DNA of 64,000 nt from Macrostomum lignano (Eukaryota). Shown one piece after another: positions 45,952 to 56,510 of the stretch. The first letter of the stretch is position 1. Every line of letters begins with the position of its first letter. The notes below the pieces were generated by a model. The model did not search any database. It was not told the DNA's origin and saw only the letters and a list, made by a program, of their open reading frames with translations. The DNA lies in the NCBI GenBank assembly GCA_002269645.1, contig NIVC01002162.1, positions 1 through 64,000 of the forward strand, read 5' to 3'. Both the position numbers and the translations under genes were made by a program.

Positions 45952-48900
45952 TCAAGCCATCGAAGCGCTGCCGTTCCGCTGCTGCAGCTGCTGGTCGTGG
46001 CTCGGCGTGGCCGATTCCGGTGACTTGCTCGGCGACAGCGAGTCGTCGATGAGAATTTTCTCGTCCTCCGGTCGCTGATTGGCCGAGCCGGGGGCGCTGC
46101 CGACGCCGCCGCCGCCGACGCCGACGCCGTTCCCGAGGCCGGCAGATGTCGGTTCAATAGAATTCTTCTTCCGGTCTTTGTCCTTCTTTTTGGCGCCGGC
46201 TTTGCCAGCTTTGGACTTGTCTTTGAGCACGTTGAGATCGTCCTCGATGTTGCTCATGTCCCAGATGCGCATTGTGGTGTCATAGGACCCGGTGAAGATC
46301 TTCTCGTCCACAATCTGCCGGTTGAGAAGAGTCCATTCTTGCTTCGAGCTGATCTGTATCTGTCCCGATCTATAACGTCTCTAGCTACCCATCTACCGAT
46401 CTACCCCTCTTCATCTACCGATCTACCCCTCTTCATCTACCGATCTACCCCTCTTCATCTACCGATCTACCCCTCTTCATCTACCGATCTACCCCTCTTC
46501 ATCTACCGATCTACCCCTCTTCATCTACCGATCTACCCCTCTTCATCTACCGATCTACCCCTCTTCATCTACCGATCTACCCCTCTTCATCTACCGATCT
46601 ACCCCTCTTCATCTACCGATCTACCCCTCTTCATCTACCGATCTACCCCTCTTCATCTACCGATCTACCCCTCTTCATCTACCGATCTACCCCTCTTCAT
46701 CTACCGATCTACCCAACATGATCTACCGACCTACCCAGCTTGATCTACCGACCTACCCAGCTTGATCTACCGACCTACCCATCTTGATCTACCGACCTAC
46801 CCAGCTTGATCTACCGACCTACCCATCTTGATACACCGATCTACCCCTCTTGATCTACCGACCTACCCAGCTTGATCTACCGATCTACCAAGAGCACAAC
46901 TCCTCATCTCATCTCCGCTCACCTTGAAGCAGTTCACCATGTTGTCGTGGCCGCGGAAACTTCGCTGAATTGAACCGGACTTGGCGTCGAAAACGCGAAC
47001 TATTCCATCGCCGCAGGATGTCACCACTGGATTAATGGTTGATGGAGCGATTGGCAGCTGCATGTTATGGACACTGAGACAGACACTGAGATATAAACAA
47101 TGGCAGGCTAGCACAGACACTAATACAGTCACTAATACAGACGCTAAGACAGACACTAATACAGACACTAACACAGACACTAATACAGACACTAACACAG
47201 ACACTAATGCAGACACTAATACAGACACTAATACAGACACTAACACAGAAACTAATACAGACACTAATACAGACACTAATACAGACACTAATACAGACAC
47301 TAATACAGACACTAACACAGACACTAACACAGACACTAATACAGACACTAACACAGACACTAATGCAGACACTAATACAGACACTAATACAGACACTAAT
47401 ACAGACAATAATACAGACACTAACACAGACACTAATACAGACACTAATACAGACACTAACACAGACACTAATACAGACACTAATACAGACACTAATACAG
47501 ACACTAATACAGACACTAACACAGACACTAACACAGACACTAATACAGACACTAACACAGAAACTAATACAGACACTAATACAGACACTAACACAGAAAC
47601 TAATACAGACACTAATACAGACACTAAGACAGACACTATGACAGACACTAAGACAGACACTATGACAGACACTAAGACAGACACTGTGAGACTGAGACAG
47701 ACACTCAGACAGACACGCAGGCAGCAGCACAGGTACTTACAGAATCCTTTGTGCACCTTCAGCGAGCTGACGGTGTGCCGGTGCCCCTTGAACACGCGGG
47801 TGCAGTGGCCGAACTCGATCACCCAAGCCCTGGCCGTGTGATCTGAGCTACCTGAATAGACTAGCTTCCCGGCCACCTGCAGGCAGATGATGGACGCCTG
47901 ATGTCCTTCGAATAGTTTCAGCTCCTCGCCGGTGACCATGTTCCAGCTGCGGACGGTCATGTCGGTGCTGCCGGTGAACAGAGTGCTGCCTTTGTTGTCC
48001 ATGCCCATGCAGGTGATGGCGCCCGTGTGACCTGCCGTAGGTGAAACAACAATTACCCTTATGTTTGTGATTGCAACAGCTTCTCAAACATCATGAAGAA
48101 CTCTTTGAGATCTCTTCAATTCATTCAGTTCATTATTTTAAGTGAAGATTAATAAATCTCTCAATTCGAATGCCGTTAACTCTCTCTTTAATCCCTTCAA
48201 GCCTCCCTTTAATCCCATCAACCCTCCCTTTAATCCCATCAACCCTCCCTTTAATCCCTTCGACCCTCCCTTTAATCCCATCAACCCTCCCTTTAATCCC
48301 ATCAACCCTCCCTTTAATCCCATCAACCCTCCCTTTAATCCCTTCGACCCTCCCTTTAATCCCTTTAACTCTTCCTTTTAATCCGTTTGAAAATCCCTTT
48401 AATCCTATTCAACCCTCCATTTAATCCCTTCAACCTTCTTTTCAGTCCAATCAACCCTCTTTTAATCCTTTCAACTCTCTTTTCTCCTGTTTATTCCCTA
48501 TGAACCTCCCTTCAATCCCTTCAACCCTCCATTTAATCCCTTCAAAGCGTCCGTTAATCCATTCAAGTCACTCTTTAATCCCTTCAAATCCTTCTGTCTC
48601 TTCTTCCCCATCCACTCCATCAGTCCTCACCTTTAAAGGTGCGCAGACATTTGCCGGACTCAAAGCTCCACAATTTTGCGGTAAAATCGGCGCTGCCGGT
48701 GACCAGCAAGTCTCGGCCGGCGTCGATGCCAAACTCGTCATTAGCCGCGTCGTCCTCGCCCGTGATGAAGATCATGGGATAGACTCCGCGCTTGTGCCCG
48801 GAGAACACCCTGATGAGGTCGCCATTGTCAAAGTCCCAGGCTCGAGCCGTCCTATCGTAGGACGAAGTGAAAATGAAATCGCCGGTGCAAATGATTCGAT

Positions 48901-49566
48901 TAATGAGAGAGGCGTGGCCGCTGAACACGAACACGCAATCGCAGCTGGCCACGTCCCATTTGCGGATTGTCTTGTCATTGCTGCCAGTGAGCAGGTAGTG
49001 CTCCATGAATGCCATGCAGTTGATGTAGTCGGAGTGGCCTAAGGCGTTTTGGACAGGTTGTGCTTGGTTAAGTCTAGCCTTTTGCTGTGCCTATAAGCGG
49101 ATTAGATCCTTTCGTAGAAAATTCCTAAATAACATTCTTCAGTAGGTCACTGTTTATCCTTCAGTAGGTCACTGTCTATCCTTCAGTAGGTCACTGTCTA
49201 ATCCTTCAGTAGATCACTGCATATCCTTCAGTAGATCACTGCCTATCCTTCAGTAGATCACTGTCTATCCTTCAGTAGGTCACTGTCTATCCTTCAGTAG
49301 GTCACTGTCTATCCTTCAGTAGGTCACTGCCTATCCTTCAGTTCTATCATCCATACCCTCCAGCAACTCACCAGCCAGAACGCCGATGCATTCGCACTCC
49401 TCAGTCCGAGTAGTCCACAGTCGAGCCGTGGAATCTTCGCTGCCAGTGGCGATAACCGAACCGTCGTCGCTCAGCGCCATGCAGTTGATGCCGCCGCTGT
49501 GACCTGGGCAGGTGTACAACAGGTACTGGCCGGGGCCGTCGGCGTCTTTGCTATTGCAGCCGCCCA
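45952..49566 (-). CDS. WDR86: WD40 repeat protein, WDR86-like
   Basis: Exons (minus): 49566-49372, 49038-48631, 48031-47741, 47026-46923, 46314-45952, all phase-consistent GT-AG. Successive WD repeats: GHSGGINCMALSDDG...TGSEDSTARLW, GHSDYINC, GHASLINRI, GHKRGV, GHTGAITC, GHQASIICL, GHRHTVSSL, GHDNMVNC...TGSYDTTMRIWD. The first base of the ATG must come from an upstream exon. Confidence 0.88.
46365..46890. repeat. 22-bp repeat (TCTACCGATCTACCCCTCTTCA)n in WDR86 intron
   Basis: Visible periodicity. Confidence 0.95.
47070..47710. repeat. 12-bp repeat (ACAGACACTAAT)n in WDR86 intron
   Basis: Visible periodicity. Confidence 0.95.
48185..48600. repeat. 21-bp repeat (CCCTCCCTTTAATCCCATCAA)n in WDR86 intron
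   Basis: Visible periodicity. Confidence 0.9.
49135..49345. repeat. 22-bp repeat (TATCCTTCAGTAGGTCACTGTC)n in WDR86 intron
   Basis: About 9 units. Confidence 0.92.
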
Positions 49567-52099
49567 CTGGGTTGGTTTGTTTTTTAAAGCAAGGTCAAAT
49601 ATTGTAATAAACAATTAAGCGCTAAGCATGTATTAAAATTAAGCGTCAAGGCAGTGAGGTTGCTGCAGTGTTTCTAAAAATAGAAAGAATATACAGTAAG
49701 TAGTCTTGGACGTCATGCTCATGTCCATCCCGTTGACCCCTGGGCACGCACATCGATGCATCAACAAGTACACCGTAGAATGTACATCAATCCTAATTTT
49801 GCTTATTGTGAGGGAATGTACATCCTATCTTTGGTGGGGTGGGTTGGGGTGGATTTTCAAAATACGTGGATGGGTTACTCTCCCTCCCGCCATAAGATTC
49901 AAATTACTGGTGGAAAGGAGAGTTGCGCTGAAGGAGTGGGATGGTTGAATAAGAATCAGATAAGAAAATGAGAGGTGGAGTGCGCGATTGAGGAAAGAGG
50001 CGAGATTGAAGAGCCAATCAGAAGGCAGCGAGGGAGAGAGATAAGAATAGCAAGACTGAACTGGACAGGAGAGGGAGAAAAAACAGAGACGAGGGTGGAT
50101 GACATGAAGAAATAACTAAGAAAGTCTCGACAAAAAGCAATGTACACACGACAGTCGGGGGGTGGTCGTGATTGTGCTTACCACCGATGAAAATGTGCAA
50201 ATGGAGTGAGTGCGTTCGGTTGTATAAAAAAGATTGGGTCTTGTACAACTCGTAGAATTTCAAAAAATAGAACCCACAGATAGCCTTTCTAGCCTAGCTA
50301 TGACGCAATGTTTGGTATGGTATACTCGTATGCCAACAAAATCCTTGATTTATTCTTTGTGATTGTCACTCGGTCTCGGAAAAAACTCGAAAAATTCGAG
50401 ACTTCGGGACGAGTTATGTCGATTTGTCAAAAATCCCAGTTGGGGATGATGGCACATTATGGAATCGAAGTAAAGCCGAGCTTTTATTTAAATGTTTGCC
50501 TTCTGTTTTAGGAAACTTACAACCAAGTTGCAACTTGAAAATGCGTGAAATAGCATTTGTTGGTTTATTAAATACGTAAGTTATTTGAGTCAGTTATTCC
50601 TTTGAAATATTGCAGCTCTCACTAATCTGTAGCAAGGATTATAGCAACTTTTATACCGCTCTTTCCCCATACAGCAATCCGACGTCGGTGACAAATATGT
50701 ACTTTTACGTTGCATTGACGAACGGATCGTCGGCTAAACGTCGATTATCTTAAGAATCCTAATAAATTTTTTCCAGAAAAAAAAAGTACCAGAGGAGACA
50801 ATATTAAGAGTACTTAAACTCTGGAAAAATCGAGCACTTACTTTCGCTAGTGTTGTACTGCGTTGATACAAATTTGCGGATCACTTAGTTACCTCCTTAA
50901 CCAGCTGGCTGCAAATTCTGATAAATAGAACTCACTTCTCTACCTGTCAAGCTTTCCTGGCAGAAACCGGCCCGCCTACGTATAGTATATATTGCCTCTA
51001 AAAGCGTCGCTGAAAATACTGAAAATTTTCTTCCCAAAATTTTTTCCTTAGGCAGCATCCCGTCTGCTCAACTGTACACACGAATTTGGTCTCCGGCGTC
51101 TCCCCTTTCTCTCTGATCCAGCAGCAGCTGCTCCAACCAATCCACAGACCCGTTGCCAAGGTAAGTCCTAGATTGTTTCAAATCTACCTTGGCTGCCTGC
51201 ACACTACCCGCCTCTCTCCCTCTCTTCCCAGTTCAATCCGGGACATCAATTGTCTCTCTTCTATACAACAGGGGACGATAGGAGCCCATTGCAGCATCTG
51301 TCTCTCTCTCTCTCACACTCAGTTGTCTGATGAGGCGCAGATGCTGCAGCCGCACGAACTAAAAGAAAATTCCCGCAGAATTAAACAGCATGCAGTCAAT
51401 CGTACCGGGAGACGTGCTGAGCTTAGCCTAGTACATTCGCCTATGGCTTCCCTTGCTTCAGCCGTATGGTTGAGTTTCAATTATTTAGACCTGTCCCAGA
51501 CCCTCTAGAGTTGGGACCAGCCAGCCATGTTTGCATATCCCTTCTCCCTCCCTCCCTCCCCTCCACCTATCCGCTCTTTTTTCTCTCCCCCATCATCCCG
51601 CTCGCCGCGCGGCCCCTCCCCATTCAGTTTCCATGACAATGGTAAACCGTGTATTGGCTAAACAATGAAATGCACGATGGGACAGGGCTGCGGGGTTAGG
51701 GAATAGAAAGGCAATGCGGACTGGCTTATAGCTACAGTAGAGAGCTGTCCCCCCTCGGGCATGGAGCCGGGCCACGTTGAAAATCTATATCCAATATTCT
51801 ATAGTGAGGCTTGAAAGCGAAAAGCTGAAACATACTACAATTAGCGACAACCAAGTAACAGATAACCTGCTCAGATGCCAGCAGGTGCAAATAAATACAC
51901 GCAATGAGAGGATGCTGTAAATTGCTTGGCATCAAATGCCTGAAGTCTCTTTGTTGAATTATCGTTAACTATAAGCAAATGAGCATTTATGAGAACGTCT
52001 GCTGAGGTACTGAAGTGTTGGACTAGGCGTTGTGAGTAGAATTAAGATAGCAATTAGAATGTTTATTGAGACTGAGATAATTGGGATGTCTGGTTAGAT

Positions 52100-53180
52100 G
52101 CTGAGGTATCTAGGTGTCTTCGTGAGGTACCAGAAAATTTTTGCTGAGACACTTCCTCGTAAACGTCTGGTGAGATAGTGGGGTGTCTGGTGAGCAGGAG
52201 GTGTCTGGTGAAATACTGAGGTGTCTGGTGGGATACTGGGGTGTCTAGTAAGAAACTGAGGGGTCTTGTGAGAAACTGAGGTGTCTGGTGAGATACTGAG
52301 GGGTATGGTGAGATACTGAGGTGTCTGGTGAGATACTGAGGGGTATGGTGAGATACTGAGGTGTCTGGTGAGATACTGAGGTGTCTGGTGAGAAAATGAG
52401 GGGTCTGGTGAGATACTGCGGTGTCTAGTCGTGAGAAACTGAGGGGTCTGGTGAGATACTGAGGTGTCCGGTGAGATACTGAGGTGTCTGGTGAGATACT
52501 GAGCTGTCTGGTGAGATACTGAGCTGTCTGGTGAGATACTGAGCTGTCTGGTGAGATACTGAGGTGACTGGTGGGATACTGGGGTGTCTAGTAAGAAACT
52601 GAGGGGTCTTGTGAGAAACTGAAGTGTCTGGTGAGATACTGAGGTGTCTGGTGAGATACTGAGGGGTCTGGTGAGATACTGAGGTGTCTGGTGAGATACT
52701 GAGGGGTCTGGTGAGATACTGAGGTGTCTGGTGAGATACTGAGGTGTCTGGTGAGATACTGAGGGGTCTGGTGAGATACTGAGGTGTCTGGTGAGATACT
52801 GAGGTGACTGGTGAGATACTGAGGTGACTGGTGAGATACTGAGGTGTCTGGGGAGATACTGAGATGTCTGGTAAGAAAATGAGGGGTCTGGTGACATACT
52901 GAGGGGTCTGATGAGATATTGAGGTGTCTAGTGAGATACTGAGATGTCTGGTAAGACACTGGGGTGTCTGATGAGAAACTGATCGAGGGGTCTGGTGAGA
53001 TACTGAGGTGTCTGGTGAGATATTGAGGTGTCTGGTGAGATATATTGGGTGTCTGGTGAGATACTGAGGTGTCTAATGAGATACTGATATGTCTGGAAAG
53101 ACAACCGGGGTGTCTAGTTACGAAATCCTTAGGCTGTCTGGTATGTGGATAGAGGTGAGACACTGAGATGTCAGGTACAA
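52100..53180. repeat. 20-bp repeat (CTGGTGAGATACTGAGGTGT)n
   Basis: About 50 units. Confidence 0.94.
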
Positions 53181-53544
53181 GATTGGAGTTTCTGAGAACA
53201 TTTACATTTAGTAATATGCAATATTTCACTGACACCAGGACACAAAATCTCAATACTTTGATCATTTTCTCGATCGCTGCTTATAATTTCAGAAATGGAT
53301 TGATTAAATTGAAAAGATAGTATATCATTTCGATACGTTTCTCGGAAACTAAAGGAATCCTCTATAGAGAATTTAAGCTCATGTCGTAAAAACATTGAGC
53401 TATCTCGTAATTATCTTATCACACCAATATGCCAGGTACTTTTACTACCTTGCAGTAATCAATTATTTAAGTGCATGTAGCTGTCAAAGCAAGTTGTAAG
53501 GCAAAAGATCAAACAGAAACTTTTCGGAACTGTCAAAGAAAAAA

Positions 53545-54025
53545 ACACCGCGGGGAAACCTTGGAGAATGGGAGCACGAGAAGTTTTCCCGCGGTGAGGT
53601 TTGCCCGCGGTGAGGTTTTCCCGCGGTGAGGTTTTCCCGCCGAGACTAGACTAGAATAGACTAGGCTAGGCTAGACTAGACATAAACTAGACTAGATTAA
53701 AAACTAGACTAGATTAGAACTAGCCTATAGACTAGACTAGACTATACTAGGCTAGGCTAGACTAGACATAAAATAGACTAGATTAGAACTAGCCCATAGA
53801 CTAGACTAGACTAGACTAGGCTAGGCTAGGCTAGACTAGACATAAAATAGACTAGATTAAAAACTAGACTAGATTAGAACTAGACTAGACTGGATTTCAA
53901 ATCCGATTGGATTTGACTTCAAATTCCGACAGGAAAAACCCTGCGGGAAAACCTCGGCGGGGAAAACCTCGGCGGGAAAAACTCGCACGGGAAAACTTCC
54001 TGCGGGAAATTCTCATAGACCCTAG
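53545..54025. repeat. (CTAGA)n core flanked by inverted TTTTCCCGC-containing arrays
   Basis: Left (TTTTCCCGCGGTGAGG)n at 53583-53643; pentamer core 53644-53892; right (CCTCGGCGGGAAAA)n at 53935-54015. Confidence 0.85.
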
Positions 54026-54499
54026 AGAACCTTTGAACAGCTTTTGTGTTAACTTTCGACAAGCTGTCTCTGCATCTGATACCGTATGAGTCTCAGCGGT
54101 ATGGGCAAAATTGCTTCAGTTCTGGGGTTGTGGGACCAATGTCGCCGAAGACGTTGCGCCAGGGTGCCCACAATATTCGCACAATATCCTTACTGCTGCA
54201 TCCTAGGCTCTTATAGCCTTCAGCCTGTTTTTTACCGTGATAACAAGGATTGTTGCGTAAAAGTACAATATAATCTCAGCTTTTCAATATCCGGAATGAC
54301 CTAGCCCGAAAAACCAAATCGTGTTGATGAATAAATTTACCAAGGCATTTTTATACAACCAGTGCTCGGAGTTCAACGCATCTCATTTAGTTTCGGAAAC
54401 GCAGTTGAAATTTTGTTGAAAAATTCGTCCTGAAGTCAAAAGTGCACTTTTTGCTTTTATTTTCATTCGCAATTTAAAGACGACTTTTGATGATTCTAG

Positions 54500-55070
54500 C
54501 CCAGCAATTGGGCATACACATGTATGGAAGGGCTGGCCCAGCAACTGAGGATCTGGGAGGCTGGCCTAGCAACTGGGGATCTGGGAGGCTGGCCCAGCAA
54601 CTGAGGATCTGGGAGGCTGGCCTAGCAACTGGGGATCTGGGAGGCTGGCCCAGCAACTGAGGATCTGGGAGGCTGGCCTAGCAACTGGGGATCTGGGAGG
54701 CTGGCCCAGCAACTGAGGATCTGGGAGTCTGGCCCAGCAACTGAGGATCTGGGAGGCTGGCCCAGCAACTGGGGATCTGGGAGGCTGGTGGCCCAGCAAC
54801 TGAGGATCTGGGAGGCTGGCCCAGCAACTGGGGATCTGGGAGGCTGGTGGCCCAGCAACTGAGGATCTGGGAGGCTGGTGGCCCAGCAACTGAGGATCTG
54901 GGAGGCTGGTGGCCCAGCAACTGAGGATCTGGGATACTGGCCCAGCAACTGAGGATCTGGGAGGCTGGTGGCCCAGCAACTGAGGATCTGGGATACTGGC
55001 CCAGCAACTGAGGATCTGGGAGGCAGGTGGCCCAGCAACTGACACTCTGTGAGGCTGGCCCGACAGATAA
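54500..55070. repeat. 28-bp satellite, locus 3
   Basis: Same unit and orientation, with a local 31-bp GGCTGGTGGCCC variant. Confidence 0.95.
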
Positions 55071-55719
55071 ACGTTGAGTTCAGATAAAAAGAGCAATGCG
55101 GAATATCAAGCCAGCATTTAAGTAATTAAAATTTAATAGAGAACACTTACTGTGTGGTATTTAGAAAAGTTTATATTATCAGCAAGTGAAAGATTTTAAA
55201 TACATTAGCAAGCGTTAAAATGCGGTTTTAAAAGTACACACAAAATGCCCAGTGACTTCACTAAGTCATTAAATAGACAGAATATCAACCCCATATCGGC
55301 ACGTAATAACGGATCAACTTTGACAGATAGATTATACACGCGCAAGCAATAGTAATCCTTCCTGGCTCTGGATACTGCCAGATAGCATATCTATAAAATG
55401 ATGAATAAATAATGAGAAAATCGTCAATTTTTTGATGGGGAGAGGATTAGAAATGCAATTATATGCATGCATATATCCTGCGCTTTTCTCAATGTTTTCA
55501 TGACCGCTAACCGGGCAACCAGAGGAATTTTATTTGAAGCAGCCATGACACGTGCACTAATTGCGACTGGACTGCACGGGAATTATGATAGAAAAGTATG
55601 TTTACAATCAGATAACGCTAAACTAGCTACTTTAAGTAGAAATTCGAGCAACTTTTTTTAACGAAAAATTAATTAGCATTTGCAAGCGCGAATTAATTCA
55701 TACTTTAGATAGAGATTAG

Positions 55720-56395
55720 AGAGGGAGATCAGAGAGGGAGATCAGAGAGGGAGATCAGAGAGGGAGATCAGAGAGAGGGAGATAAGAGAGAGGGAGATCA
55801 GAGAGGGGAGATTAGGGAGAGGGAGATTAGAGAGGGAAATGATGGAGAGGGAGATTAGAGAGGGGAAATGAGGGAGAGGGAGATCAGAGAGGGAAATGAT
55901 GGAGAGGGAGATCAGAGAGGGAGATGATGGAGAGGGAGATCAGAGAGGGAGATAAGGGATAGGGAGATCAAAGAGGGGAGATCAGAGAGGGGAGATGAGG
56001 GAGAGGAAATCAGAGAGGGGAGATCAGAGAGGGGAGATCAGAGAGAAGGAGACAAGGAGAGGGAGAGGGAGATCAGAGAGGGAGATGATGGAGAGGGAGA
56101 TCAGAGAGGGGAGATGATGGAGGGAGATCAGAGAGGGGAGATGATGGAGAGGGAGATCAGAGAGGGGAGATGAGGGAGAGGGAGATCAGAGAGGGGAGAT
56201 GATGGAGAGGGAGATCAGAGAGGGGAGATGAGGGAGAGGGAGATCAGAGAGGGGAGACGATGGAGAGGGAGATCAGAGAGGGGAGATGATGGAGAGGGAG
56301 ATCAGAGGGGAGATGATGGAGAGGGAGATCAGAGAGGGGAGACGATGGAGAGGGAGATCAGAGAGGGGAGATGAGGGAGAGGGAGATCAGAGAGG
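55720..56395. repeat. GA-rich degenerate repeat (GGAGATCAGAGAGG) downstream of ORC4
   Basis: Visible periodicity. Confidence 0.88.
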
Positions 56396-56510
56396 AGCTG
56401 GTAGATCAGATGAAGGTCAGTAAAAGGCCGCAAAAGTTTTTATACCCACTGAACTTCACACCCGGCAATTCCAAACTTTCAGCGTCAAAAGAATCGAGCC
56501 CGAGGCATGA

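Noticed and set aside
46863-48008. 381-aa ORF with long VSVL transmembrane stretch in WDR86
   Set aside because: Read-through of a 12-bp intronic repeat between a GTAAGT donor (47740) and a CAG acceptor (47027).
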